64,000 bases of DNA from Eledone cirrhosa (GCA_964016885.1 OZ024747.1:62186001-62250000), one strand, 5' to 3'; shown: positions 1 through 13,339, counted from the stretch's first letter. A program made the numbers and translations. The notes: generated by a model from the sequence alone, not told the origin.

Positions 1-455
1 ATTCTGCTTTCAAATTCAACTGGGATCAACTTTATCTTTCACCGTTCTGGGGTCGATAAAATAAAGTGCTAGTCAAACACTGAAGTCGATTTAATAGGGA
101 TTTTCCCCCCACGCCTTCTGTCTAAATCAGAAACCATTATTAAGTATTGGGGCGGGGGACTTGGGCTATAGTGGACGGTGGGTCTTTTTTTTTTGTATAA
201 ACGTTAGTGTATTTGAATGGGGTTAACTGAATAATTGGGTTTGTATGATGTGTGTTGGGTTGTTTAGCTTAGCTGGAATTCCAGGTTTGTTTAGAAATAA
301 AGTATTTTGGTTGCAGTAGACGTGGGTAGTTTAGACTTGTTGTATACGTTTTATCTTATCTTTTATTATTGAGTAGGATTATGCAGAGAAAACGTTCATT
401 TTATATATCAATTATATGTGTTTGTGTGTGTGTAATGAACTTATAAACTCGGATT

Positions 456-542
456 AGCGCCTGAAGAAGGGTTACTATTTTGATGCCTCTGGTTTTCTGG
501 AGGTATGGTCAAATTTGGGCCTTGAAACCTTGAGTAAGCGCT
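456..542 (+). ncRNA. Hammerhead-like motif with long stem II
   Basis: AGCGC-CUGAAGA-[long stem-loop]-GAAAC-CUUGA-GUA-A-GCGCU; one extra A before stem I. Confidence 0.45.
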
Positions 543-1287
543 TTTGTTCCGTGTATGAACATAAATAAATAATATAATATTCTATAATACATATAATATA
601 ATATAATATAATATAATATAATATAATATATATATATGTATGTTCATAATAATAATAATCATTATTATTATGATACAGAAAACAGACAAACAGGAGTGAT
701 ATGAATTGGTTCTTGCTACCAAAAACGTGTCTATCTTCGTGTCAAATCACAGTTACTTTATATGATGTATTTATTTCAATTATAAAAACATCACGATTGT
801 AATTATTCAGCTGTAAATCGAATGTGTTTACCAGATCTCGATCTCTCTAGTTTATATATATACGTGTGTGTGTGTGTGCAGGGTTTGTTTGCGTGTATAT
901 ATAAATGCCCCTGTATGTATATGTATGTATATGTATATGTATATGTATATATATATATGTGTGTGTGTGTGACAAGTGAAAATATATATGTAATTGATGA
1001 AAAGGAAGTGGATGGAAACATTCCAAGATTAATAAGAACGGTTTAATTCTTGGAATAATGGAAGAAATAATATTTATAAAGGTAACACAATTAAAGAAAA
1101 GGGTTGAGTGAGGATGAGATTGCCAACATGGACATTATCAGCATCAATACAATAAAGCTATTTAGAAAATGAAGGTTAAGTTGTGAAAACAAACTGAGAG
1201 GAAGAAAATAGAGAGAGACAAAGAGATAGAGAGAGGGAGAAAGAGAGATAGAGACATGGATAGAGAGAGGGGTAAATTATAACTCAC

Positions 1288-1428
1288 CCGGCAGTACCAT
1301 ATACTCAGCGTATTTTCTGACAGCACAGCAAAAAGCATACGATTACAGTTGCTGGCAATAAAATGAGGACATGACGACTTATCGGGTATTAGCTTCAGGT
1401 ACTTCGGCCACCCCAGGGGGAAATACAT
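1288..1428 (-). CDS. RIC1: RIC1 (RAB6A GEF complex partner 1) first coding exon; gene continues beyond the left edge of the window
   Basis: Translates MYFPLGWPKYLKLIPDKSSCPHFIASNCNRMLFAVLSENTLSIWYCR, matching the conserved RIC1 N-terminus (MYFxxGWPK...FAVL...LSIWY). Ends at a phase-0 GTGAGT donor after 47 codons. Confidence 0.92.
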
Positions 1429-1529
1429 CGTGCATTTGGCAATCCAAACCGTAACAGACGATAACTAAACTTCATGACAAGAACGAGAAGCCATTTAAGC
1501 TAAGAACCTAACCTACTTGTAAAAAAACT

Positions 1530-1572
1530 CATTTGATTGGTTGTTTTTGCTAATATACCAGCCAATCACATC
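1530..1572 (-). promoter_or_regulatory. Paired CCAAT boxes upstream of RIC1
   Basis: TGATTGGTT (~1534) and AGCCAATCA (~1560) lie in opposite orientations 100-140 nt upstream of the ATG and resemble NF-Y sites. Confidence 0.45.
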
Positions 1573-2644
1573 TCAGCTTATAGTCAATACAGCTGACATG
1601 ATTCGCACTTTTAGAATTATTACATCTCATGTTGTTTATTTACTAATCTCATATTTATTAATGTACCATTCCGTTATTTGTTGTTTTCTTTTTAGTTTGA
1701 TTTTTACCTTGCGTAAGATTTTGATTTTTATATGTAGTCGTTTTGTTATTTATCCCACCGAGGTTAGCTTTGCCTTTTATCATTACTCAGTCGATAAAAT
1801 AAAGTACCAGTAATGCACTGGTGTGGATTTAATCAACTTTCTCGACCCCAAAAATTGTTGACCTTGTGCCAAAATCAGAAATCATTTACTATTGTATTTT
1901 CATGGTAAAGGCTTTACCTCACTTAATTATCTCACATAATATTAAATCAACGAGATTGTGATATTATTTATTTTGAGAACAATACCTTAACATAAGTATG
2001 AGCAGTTGGTTATGGCCAGTTTCAACAGAAAGAGGTGAGAGAATTCTGGTCGGATATGGCCAGTTTAAATGCTAAAGGGTTAAGAGATCTATAAAATAAA
2101 GATGAAATAATTTTATTCACAGTTATATAAATAGCATGACAAATTGTTCACAATTCTTTCAGAATGAAAATATAAATACATATAATAAATACAATTAACT
2201 ATGGCTGGGAACCTTACAAATATAACACACCAAAATATATGTTCAAAGCGAGAGAAAGAAAGAAAAACAAGGGAAACAAAACCAAAAATGACCATCAATT
2301 CACCACCAAGTGTGGCATCACAAAGGTCAACGGAAATTTTGTACCAGTAATGCACTGGAGTTGACTTAATTGACCCCCACCCCTCCCTTTTAAATTGCTG
2401 GCTTTGTACCAAAAATAAAAGCAATCAATACAGCAATAACTGTTTTTTTCAAATATGACTAATGTCCAAATAATATATGCTATAGACATACCACTTCCGA
2501 TTTTAGTTATAATTGCAATGATATAGTAAGAGGCAGATGAGATTGTAGTGAAAGCCAACACAATATTTAAAGAGTTCCAAATTATATATGATGATGATGA
2601 TGATGATGATATATATATATATATATCATCATCATATATATATA

Positions 2645-3556
2645 TCATCATCATCATTGTTTAACATGTATTTTCTACGCTAGCATGGGTTAGATGGGAA
2701 TAGTCCCACTTGAGGCAAGATTGGTCGGGTGACCGTGTCTCGCTTGTACAGAACTGTCCCTGGCAGGTTTTCTACGGCTGGATGCTCTTCCTAATACCAA
2801 ACACATTTACAGTGTGGACAGGGAGCCTTTTTGCCTTGTCTCCTACATGACCATTTTACAACGTGGACTGTGTGTTTTGTTGTTGTGACACCTACACGAC
2901 CTCTTTAGTTTGGACTGGATGTTGTGGGAGTGGGAGGATAGAGTAGGGGTAGTGGGTTGGAGTGTATATTTGGTTAAAAAGTGCCTACTGACTGTAGGTT
3001 AACTTTGTACATAGAGAAGGTGGGTCTTCTGTATTACTGTGTGGTGTCAAAGATCTCGATCCAGTGACATTGTCTTAGAGAAGTTTAAGTGTGCAAGATC
3101 AGATTTTATTATGTCGTCCCAGGTTTTTCTGGGTCTACCTACTCTGTAACTTCCATTAATTTTGATCGGCCTGCACTTTTTTATACAACTCTTGTCGTTC
3201 ATGCACATCACATGACCATACCAACGTAATCTTCTCTCAAGTAAACAATATCTGATCTCTCTTATTCCTAATTTCTTACTTAGTTCATTTATGTTTTGCC
3301 GTTCATGTACATTACTATTACACATCCAACGTTCCTTCCCAATATGAGTAGGTCCTCTGCACACAATGCCCATGTCTCACTGCCATGTAACATTGCTGTT
3401 TGTATACAAGTATCATACAATCTGCCTTTCATTTTTAGAGAGAAACCTTTTGTGGCCAACAGCGGTATTAGCTCTCTGAACTTTTTCCATCCCGTTCTAA
3501 CTTTGGCTACTGTACTTTCAGAGCACCCTCCACCACTACCGATTCTGTCACCCAGG
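2645..3556 (-). mobile_element. RTE-clade LINE 3' fragment
   Basis: ERRLRWYGHVMCM...GRPRKTW is the RTE ORF C-terminus, followed by 3' UTR and (GAT)n tail. A related piece lies at ~36970-37335. Confidence 0.85.
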
Positions 3557-5003
3557 TAAAAAAAAAAATGAGATAGATATCTTTTTGATGATCTACAACC
3601 TCGAGATTATAGTCAGTTGAAGAAATCAAGATTGCTAACTGACACATCAATCACGGCTCGCTCCACAAATTGTAAACTCAATAGCTGGAAGGACCCTTTT
3701 AGGAACTCATATGCTTGCTAGGTACGCAAGAAGAGGAACATGTTTTTGCCTGCAGCATATCACATAAACGAATGTTTCATCAGAAGAGATTGCTACCATA
3801 CCAGCAACAAATGTAAATACTACATCTTGGATTGCATTAGGGAACCATTAAAATAATTATAATGAATAAAAGCTTTATGTAATCCCAGCATCTTTCTTAA
3901 TGTTATTCTTATATATATATACTTTGTTTTTGAATTTGTTTTGCAAGATTTATCTGAAAATATGTGTTAAAACAGACATTGTTATACTTTGGGAGGGTCA
4001 TGCTGCCAATAAAAATACACGCACCTGTTGGTTTTCTCTTCAATTTATTATAAATTTCCAGTTGGTTGGTTCAATAACCAGATGGCTGTTTATATATTGT
4101 GAGCACACAACTCACAAAAACAAGATGGTGTAGGACAGAACAAAGGAGAGACAAAATAAAAACCATTACAACTTTAATTTACTTGTCACCCACCTCACAA
4201 CTTTAATCTATCTATCACCCACCTTGCAACTTTATTTTTCTCCTTATCAACTATTGGCCTCTGGTTTCTATCCTGGGATACTTTTACCTGACTTAAATGC
4301 TGTAAGCACCCAGTACACACTGTAAATGTGGTTGGTGTTAGGAAGGGCATATAACCATAGTAACCAAGTCAGAAACAGTTCTCACAACAGGACAACTCAT
4401 CTAACTCATGTTAGCATGGAAAAATAAATGTTAAACGGTGATGATGATGATGACAATGATATATATTTGTGTATGTAAATCTGGAAATGATTCACTTTGA
4501 TTATGACAACATATTTTTATAAATTATGTCTAAACAGAACTTGTTTTCTCTGAAAGCTTTTTTATATAAAGGTTACAATTGAAACTTACAACTATGGTGT
4601 GAAATAGTAATAGGAATTTGGGTTTATTGTGATAAAGAAAAATTGAAGAGATTCCCATGTAAAATAACATGTAAGTATATCTCACAGATGATGACAGGTT
4701 TTATAATGAATTCTGAAAAATAGTTCAACTCCTGAATAAAAATGTAACAAATTCCCATAGACCTGTCCACATCAGAGTAGACAGATGGTTATAAATACAT
4801 GTGGCTTTGTGTTTAGGGTTTTCAGCTCAGGATCATAAGGTCATCAGTTCAATTGTCAAAAATGTGTTGTGTCCTTGAATAAGGTATTATATCTCATGTT
4901 GTTCCAGTTCATATTGCTTGCAACAATGGGTTTAACTTGTAGTTCAGAGGATAAATTTTTTCACATAATGTATCATGCAGAATCTTCCTGAAAACTATGT
5001 TAA

Positions 5004-5225
5004 CCCTTTAGCATTTACATTACTCTATATATACTATTGTACTTTTGAGGTAAAGGCTTAATCTTACATAATTATCTCACATAATATTGAATCTACGAGA
5101 TTTTGATGTTATTTATTTTGAAAATAATACCTTAATATCAGTATGAGCAGCCAGTTATAGCCGTTTTTGAACAGAAAAAGGTGAAAGAATTCTGATCGGA
5201 TACGACCGCTTTAAATGCTAAAGAG
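5004..5225. mobile_element. piggyBac-like MITE copy
   Basis: Same TIRs and TTAA flanks. Confidence 0.8.
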
Positions 5226-5798
5226 TTAATGGCCCAAATGTCTGTAGAATGTTCAATCAGTTTTATGTTTGAGTTGTAGTGCACCTGAGCACTGTACACA
5301 GCGAGTCGTCAGAAGCAACTGCCTCCAACTGATCCGACTGGATCTCTAAACGAAACCAGCCAAGCTCGTGGATCTTATCCAACCATCTTGCTCATAGTGG
5401 ATCTACTCCTGGATCTCCTGCCGGTTCATTTTTGCCTACAAAATCTGTTCAGCGATTCTTTCCTGAGACATTCTAACCACATGTTCATATTTCCCACGAA
5501 AAATACTGCTTAAAATTTTCAAATAATTCTAAATATAGGGCATGTTTCTGAATAATTTCCATATACCAAATTTTACTCGTAAAGTATTGGTCAACTCAAG
5601 GCTATAGTAGAGGATACTAACCCAAGATGCCATGCTGTTGGATCAAACTGAAAACGATGTGGTTACAAAATGAACTCCTTAACCACATTGCCATGCCATG
5701 TCATGAGTCCTTAATTAGGAGCATAACATTTTAACTTGAGCCCATCCCTCTTCAGGTCAGAATACAGCCAATTTCTGTTAGAAAATTTGAGTACAAGT

Positions 5799-5839
<41 letters not shown>

Positions 5840-6102
5840 AACTCAGCTATTGTACAGCATTCTATCCAATGAACTAATGACTACACTGATTATATATACA
5901 GTAATTTCAACAAAAACAGACAGAATATTCCTATATGTCCAGTTGAGAATATCATCTAGGGAAATAGAAATACATACAAGGATATGGAGATAGACAATAA
6001 AGAGAGTGGCGTCAACAAGAATAGTTTGGTTGGAGAAACTAACTAATGTTGACAGACAAGTGTTATGAAGGTATTTCACAGTAACTTTCTCTCTCTCTCT
6101 CC

Positions 6103-6185
<83 letters not shown>

Positions 6186-6287
6186 TATGTATATATATAT
6201 GTAAAAGGTAAACAGAAATAACAACACAATCGCTACAGTATATGGAAGGAATATTTTAAGTTAACGCTTGAAATAGCAGGAAGAAGG

Positions 6288-6323
6288 TCTTAACGTTTCG
6301 GACGCTAGTCCTTCATCAGAAGA
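6288..6323 (-). ncRNA. Minimal type I hammerhead ribozyme motif (Penelope-like element associated)
   Basis: Minus strand reads UCUU-CUGAUGA-A-GGAC-UAGC-GUCC-GAA-ACGU-U-AAGA: full catalytic core, 4-bp stems I and II, palindromic ACGU stem III. Confidence 0.7.
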
Positions 6324-6745
6324 AAGAATGAGAAATTAGAAAGATTGAAGGGACGGGCGGGGTGGATTTGGAAAAAATGTTTTTTGAGAAAAATAACAGG
6401 TTCATTCATGTTGCCATCTCTTGGAAAACTGTTGATGCTGACGTTACATATTATACATTACATTCAAAGTTATGGATGTCATGATTAAGATAATCTCGAA
6501 CATGTGTCCTGTCTCCCAAAATCAGCTCAGAAAAAATTCAAAGAATAAATCTGAGCATATATATGATTTTTATCAGGTATCTATGTTTTAAATTTTTGTT
6601 AAATTTTAATATGCTACTGAAACGAGGTATGTATTCTTACATTCTATACAGATGGTCTCTTTTTAAAGTTTGATATGTCTTATTATACCTTTATATAATT
6701 AGATATTTATGTATATATATATATATGTCATTCACTATTTTATAA

Positions 6746-6791
<46 letters not shown>

Positions 6792-6910
6792 ATGCTAGCA
6801 TGGGAAATGGACGTTAAACTATGATGATGATGATATAAATGGCGAGCATTGTGCAGGAAATAATGATATATATATATATGTTCACACACACATACATTTA
6901 TAAATAAATG

Positions 6911-6948
<38 letters not shown>

Positions 6949-7096
6949 TGAATATATAACCGTATGAGTTCACATAAATATATATATATGTTGACAGTGT
7001 TATAGTATCATCTCGCTTGCTCACATTGCTCACTCTATGAGGTATGAAATGAACTTTTATGGAACAAAACCTGTCTCAGAGTGCTAACCACGCTAG

Positions 7097-7132
<36 letters not shown>

Positions 7133-7150
7133 TATACATACATATATACA

Positions 7151-7190
<40 letters not shown>

Positions 7191-7327
7191 TTGTGTCTAT
7201 AAATATATATATATATATTGTATAGTATGGAAGTGAAGGGTGAGAAAATTGCCACCTTGAATTGACTGAATGGATTTAACTTCACTGATCAATTGATAGG
7301 GTGAATATTTCTGATTGTATAGTGGGT

Positions 7328-7386
<59 letters not shown>

Positions 7387-7734
7387 TCGTAACCACCACC
7401 ACTACTACTATGTTGATGGTATTTCTGCGAATGATGATAATGCTGTTTATGATGATGATGATGAAAAAACAATAATAATAATTGCTGCTATGGCTGGCAA
7501 TATGCTGTACCGATAAAAACCTGGCTAACATCATACAATGTGATCTGACTTATCCCCTTATCCCCTCTTATGCTAGCACTCCCTAGTAATTATCCTCACT
7601 ATCACTATACACCACCACCTCATGTGTCACAGGGCAACAACATCTCTAGTGTTGGTGATCTACATGATAACCTCATCCAGTACATGCTGTAAATTGTTTG
7701 GTGATAGGAAGGGCATCCAACCATAGAGATCTTA

Positions 7735-7739
7735 TAATA

Positions 7740-7781
<42 letters not shown>

Positions 7782-8035
7782 AATTACTGTGTACAGTGCT
7801 CAGGTGCACTACAACTTGCCAAAAGGTACATGTATAGTACACAGAATAATGTACAAATGTCACGAAAGGGAACAGTGTATGAGTCGTGATATACATGTGT
7901 GCATGTGTATGGAATGGGGGATATCAGGTGTAGTGTTGGCGAATTTCAGGAAGCATGGGGGTTTTAAAGGATGCAGTGTCTCGGCAGCTAACAACTGATG
8001 CAAGTAGTTTGTTCCAGGGTCAGGAGAACCTTCAA
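7735..8035 (-). mobile_element. 5'-truncated 3' end of the same CR1/L2 LINE
   Basis: Matches 30562-30815 including the (AAT)n tail. Other 3' scraps at ~5275, ~12770, 17800-18125, 45180-45298 and 45650-45950. Confidence 0.85.
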
Positions 8036-9107
8036 TTATGTCAAAGACAAACAACCTCTCTTGTGCTGATGCCATGGTAAAATGAACTTGGTAGAACATG
8101 GGACTACATGTAAGAGAGATGCAGACACCCTGGCCTGTCTGGGAAATCGGAAACCCTGCTTCAGTATTGTCTCAGTCTGTGAAGACCCATCTAACCCTTG
8201 TTAGTAGGGAATGCAAAGATTAAATGATGATGATGAATTGCAGAGTCTTTGAATCAAGAATAAAATATACCACCTCAGTCAACTGGTTGCAGGCAGCAGC
8301 TGTTTGGGTTTCATCTCTGACAAATTTGCTACATTACAGATGATTATAATGATGATGATGATGATTATAATAATTGTTTCTACATTTGGTACAAGATGAG
8401 CAATTTGAAGGTGGATGAGTAGTGGGGGCTGATGCATCGAACCCAGTGCATTACTGGTACTTTATTTTATAGATCCCGGAAAACACACCCAGTTCAGCCT
8501 ATAAGGTGGTTGTGCTGGTGACACAAGAAAAAGCGCTCAATCTACTCTGCAAGGTTGTTATGCTGGTGACATGACAAAAACCACCCTGTCTACCCTGTTC
8601 GATGGTCATATTAGTGCCATGATAAAAAGCACCCAGCTCACCACTGTAATGTGGTTGGTGGGAGGAAGGACCCCCAGCTGTAGAAAACAAACCTAAATAC
8701 AGATCTATGAGTAAGACCTGGTCATCTGAACTGACTTGTCTCATAATGTGACAACTCATCTAACCCATACACGTGTAGAAAATTGATGTTAAACAATGAT
8801 AATGTGTGTGTGTGTGTGTATGTGTGTTGTGTATATGAGTATGATTGTGTGCAAGTGTGTGTGTGTGTGTATGAGTGTCTGTGTGTGTACGTATGGATGG
8901 ATGTGTGTATGTTTGTGTTTGTTTGTTTGTCTGTGTGTGTGTGTGTGTGTATGCATGGATGGATGCATGTGTGTATGTTTGTGTGCGACTGTTTGTAGTG
9001 TGTATGTTTGTGTGCGACTGTTTGTGGTGTGTGTATGTGTGTCTGTTTGTATATGTATGTGTGTGTCACTTAACCCCACCAAACATACACTATTTCTACA
9101 TTAGTCA

Positions 9108-10005
9108 TCTAATCTATATATATAAAACTGTGGTTGTCTGTCTGTCTATCGATTTTTGGCACACATCTCCTCTTAGAATCTCTCACGGAATTGCACCGAA
9201 ATTGCTAGACTTGTACATTGAGCCCTAGCGAAGACATCGGAAAAAAAAAATTTCAAATTGACCCACCCTATGTGACGAAATCGAATATAATGTATCGATT
9301 TTTGAGCGTAAGTGATCAGTTATTTCCCTTTGTTCTGTTTACATTGAGCGTCTGCGTGCAAAAATTAAAAAAATTACGCTGGCTTTCTCAGCGTTTAAAA
9401 TGACATTAACACAATACACGATTTAAAGACTACGTAAAACAAGCCTTTTAAAACAGTATTTTTACTTGAAAACAAGTCTATTTAAAAACTACTTAAAACA
9501 AGCAAATATTTCGTAAAAAAAAGCAAAAATTATATAAGTTTATATAAAATATATGTATCTGTAAATTTCGTTAGGCGTGCAGACAGACAGTCGTGCAGAG
9601 AGGTGATATAGGCGTGCAGACAGATAGTCGTGCAGAGAGGTGATATAGGCGTGCAGACAGACAGTCGTGCAGAGAGGTGATATAGGCGTGCAGACAGACA
9701 TAACTGATAATTTGGTTACGCTAATGTTTTTCTCTGCGTTGCAGTGTTTACATTTTCGATCTTTGTTAATAAATAACCAGTGCAGTTTCTATCCCCAGCA
9801 TCCTCTTTTGTTATAACATTCGGGTTATCGTTATGTTTTCTTAACTTCATAAGGCATATTGTTGGTTGAGGGAATATTAATCAAAAACACCACATGCAAG
9901 TCTGCACAGTAGACACTACAGTTTTTAAGCCAAGAAAGAAACTTAACATTGTAACTTTAACACAGCTACTGAGCGACCCCGAGCAACGCCGGGCTTTACT
10001 GCTAG
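9108..10005 (+). mobile_element. Non-autonomous Helitron-like element
   Basis: 5' A|TCTAATCTATATATATAAAA with (CTGT)n. 3' GC-rich hairpin CCCGAGCAACGCCGGG a few nt before CTAG|T. Internal ~37-bp tandem repeat at 9573-9700. Confidence 0.8.
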
Positions 10006-12166
10006 TTATTATATAAAGCTATTTCACAGTTGAATGAACTGACGTAAATTCTACAAAGGAACCATATATGATTAATTATATTAACCAACCACACCTTATT
10101 TCTTTACATCATATGAGTGAAAGTGAATCCTGTTTTGCTCTTCTTCTGCATATTCATGCCTCCTCCACCCCATCCCTTTTCATCCATTGTTCAAATATTG
10201 CTTCCTTGCATATCATTTAATTCTTCTCGTCCTTCTTCTTCACCCACTTATTCCAGAAAGGGTCATGGGAGCAGAGTCCCCAAACACACCTTCTAGTGTG
10301 CAAGGCAGAACAAGACTGTTCCTAGAGCCTTGAGGTGAAGAGGGCTCCTATCAAAATTCAGAGAAAGTGGTGCTTTTTTTTTTTTTGCAGGGGAGAGAGC
10401 ATTAGATATTCATAGACTCTTATTTGTATCTTTGAACCTGGACTGATGTTTCAGCTAAAATCCTCTTTTTATAGGCTTGAGCTGCCTCCCACTTTCCTTA
10501 AAAAAAAAAACAATGAATTATTAAATATCTGAGGAAAGAATCGGTGGACAGATTTTACGGGTAAAACCAGCCGGCAGGAGAACCAAGGGTAGACTTCGAG
10601 CAAGATGGCTGAATAACATCCATGAGCTTGGCTGGTCTTGTTTGGGGATCCAGTCGGATCAGTTGGAGACGGTTGCTTCTGGCAATACTCTGATCCTAGG
10701 ATCCTCCCAGCAATAAATTTGTGCGATGACGAAGAAAACCAAAATTTCAATCCATACCTAAGAAATCAATGGAGACAACTTTCAAATAAGGAATATCAAG
10801 AGTTACCTCCCTTACTGTTTGAAGCTTGCATGGCTTCTTTCGTTTATTTTTTTTCCTATATATATATATTTTTTTTATTTGTTTCTTTCATAAATCATGT
10901 TCCTTATATAAATTGTGTTTATACGTACAAGAAATTCAAATAAGGAATAAATTACTATTTTCTCGCTACTTTGCTTAGTTTTCGTTGGTTAAAGTTAATA
11001 TTAGTACGTACTGGACGAAGAGAAATGAATTGATAGATTTCATTTTATTAAGTTTTAAATATATACATAAATAACATAACAAACTGCGCACAATTCTTTT
11101 AGAATGAAAATTTAAAGACATACAATAAATACAATTAACTATAGCCAGGAACCTCAGAAATATAATGCACCAAAATATATGACCAGAGCAAAAGAAAGAA
11201 AAAATAATAAATGGAAACAAAAACAAAACCGACCACCAATTCACCACCAAGTGCGAAAATCGGCCGCGCATCACAAGGGTCAACGTAATATTTTTAGGCA
11301 AGACAATACGCTCGCTCGTTACAACACCAGACATCAAACTCGAGGTGTTTGTTCTGGTTCTTTATGCAGGCCCTTTGCGAAGCTTTGATTCGCCGAGAGA
11401 TGGGTATGGTAGTGATGGGGGACTTCAGAACATTGTGTAGTGAACGCTCTTTCATAAGGAACGTCTTTCAAGACTTTTTTGTTTCAAATAAACTTTATTT
11501 TCTAAATCTGAGAGTGCACTCTTTAAAAGTAAGGATGGAGAGGTGCAGTGCCTTCTTTGGTGACGGGTTCGTTTTTATGAGTATTGGCAACAGCAGTTGA
11601 GGGTTACCCGTGCGGAGGGCTGGCGTTTCGTTTCGTACTCTCTGTCATTGAACATTGATGAAACCGGTGAGCCTCCGGGCTTGGAACAGACTTTACGCTG
11701 TCTTATTTATTTATTTAAATTCGTAATGCTTTTAACTGACGTGGAGGCGGTGAGAAAGTATTGATATTTTCATCTCGAAGCAATGTACTCCATGTAAATT
11801 AGTTTGACAAAGTTAATATCTACTCCTTAAGCTAAATGCTTTCACATACAAGGTGGTGAATGACAGAACAAACGAGAGACACAAAATAACTACAGTCACC
11901 AAGGAGGTCACGGAATGTGTGACGAAAGAACTTTGGCAAGAAACAAACAACCATCCAGTTATTGAACCAAGTGAAATTTAACAGGTGCGTGTGTTTTTAT
12001 TAGCAGCATAATCCTCCCAAAGTATAACAATATTATGATTAGCGCTTATTAAAAATTGTCTCCCCTTACTTTCCACCTGGAATTGTCTCCCTTAAGCCAT
12101 ATATTACGTAAGTCATGGCGCCCTTCGTTTGAAAGACATGTTAACCTCGCCGGACAATAACTGCGA

Positions 12167-12245
12167 ATGACTATGTCGCCGATCCATCACCTGTCTTGGA
12201 CTTTTTTAAGGAAACCTCATATTAGTGTTGTGTTCACACCACAAG
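12167..12245 (+). CDS. AFG1L: AFG1L exon 1 (putative mitochondrial presequence start)
   Basis: MTMSPIHHLSWTFLRKPHISVVFTPQ then AG|GTAAA donor, phase 1, which joins exon 2 in frame. Lies in a locally CpG-rich patch and lacks acidic residues. Not supported by homology. Confidence 0.65.
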
Positions 12246-13107
12246 GTAAAATAGTAGACTGATCTTTTTGTTTACTGCACAAACATATTTTAGATATCAT
12301 CTAGTTTATTTCAAAAGTTCCGACTTGAATTAAATGAATCATTGATAAGAAAATTGTTATGGTTTTCCTCTATAGCTACTTAATGTACTTCAAATTAAAC
12401 CCAGTTGATTTCTTATTTGTAATAGCACTTTCATATTATTTGTTCCTTTCGTTTGTTAATTTCTTGAAAATATTCGATAAAATTGGTAATAATAATAATG
12501 TTCTTTTCTTTGTATATATATATATAGATGGAAATATTTTCAAGTTTTCAGTAATATATCAACAATGCATGACAATCTATTTAGGTATTTGTCGTATTTT
12601 AACGATTACAATGACATATAGATAAGATATAATTGGTTTGACGTGTGTGAAGTAAAACAAAATATTGCATCATAATCATTCATATCATTTGAAGTTCCCT
12701 TTAAGATCGCCTATGTGATTCTACGGGAGATATGTTTTGTAAATTATTCTATGTACTACACATGTGCATTGGATGAGTTGTAGTGCCCCTGAGCATTCTA
12801 CACAATAATTATCATTATACGTAAGTTTTAAATTCATAACTGTAGAACTGTAGCTATTAACACACTTGATAAGTATACCATATCGTAATAATTATATTAT
12901 ATGTTAAGACATTCAATGTTGATTGTTTTTAGCATAGAAACGGAATGCTGACACTTCAACAACTTAGCCATATATAATGCCGATAGTATAGGGAAAAGTT
13001 TTCTTTTTAATAGAATGCATTTAAGTAAGCATAATATATATATATATAGAGAGAGATATACTATTGACTGGTCGTCTTCTCGGTCCCATCACCGCAGACT
13101 CTAAATA

Positions 13108-13167
<60 letters not shown>

Positions 13168-13171
<4 letters not shown>

Positions 13172-13268
13172 TTATCAAAATAACAGATTAAAGTTTAAGC
13201 AAAGAATCGCTGCTTTCACTCGTAACGCGATTCTTTGCTTAAACTTTAATCTGCTATTTTAATAAATA
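13168..13268. repeat. ~100-bp palindrome
   Basis: CAGATTAAAGTTTAAGCAAAGAATCGC pairs with GCGATTCTTTGCTTAAACTTTAATCTG. A related palindrome lies at ~58408-58545. Confidence 0.85.
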
Positions 13269-13339
13269 CTTGCTCTACCGTTTTTATATATGTTTATATA
13301 TATAATCCTTCGGATTTTAGTCTTCCCATTTATTATTAT

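Noticed and set aside
3575-3845. Possible pseudogene fragment
   Set aside because: It looks coding-like, but all frames are short and no protein was recognised.
1428-12167. Shared bidirectional promoter for RIC1 and AFG1L
   Set aside because: The starts are ~10.7 kb apart, separated by repeats, and each has its own candidate proximal motifs.
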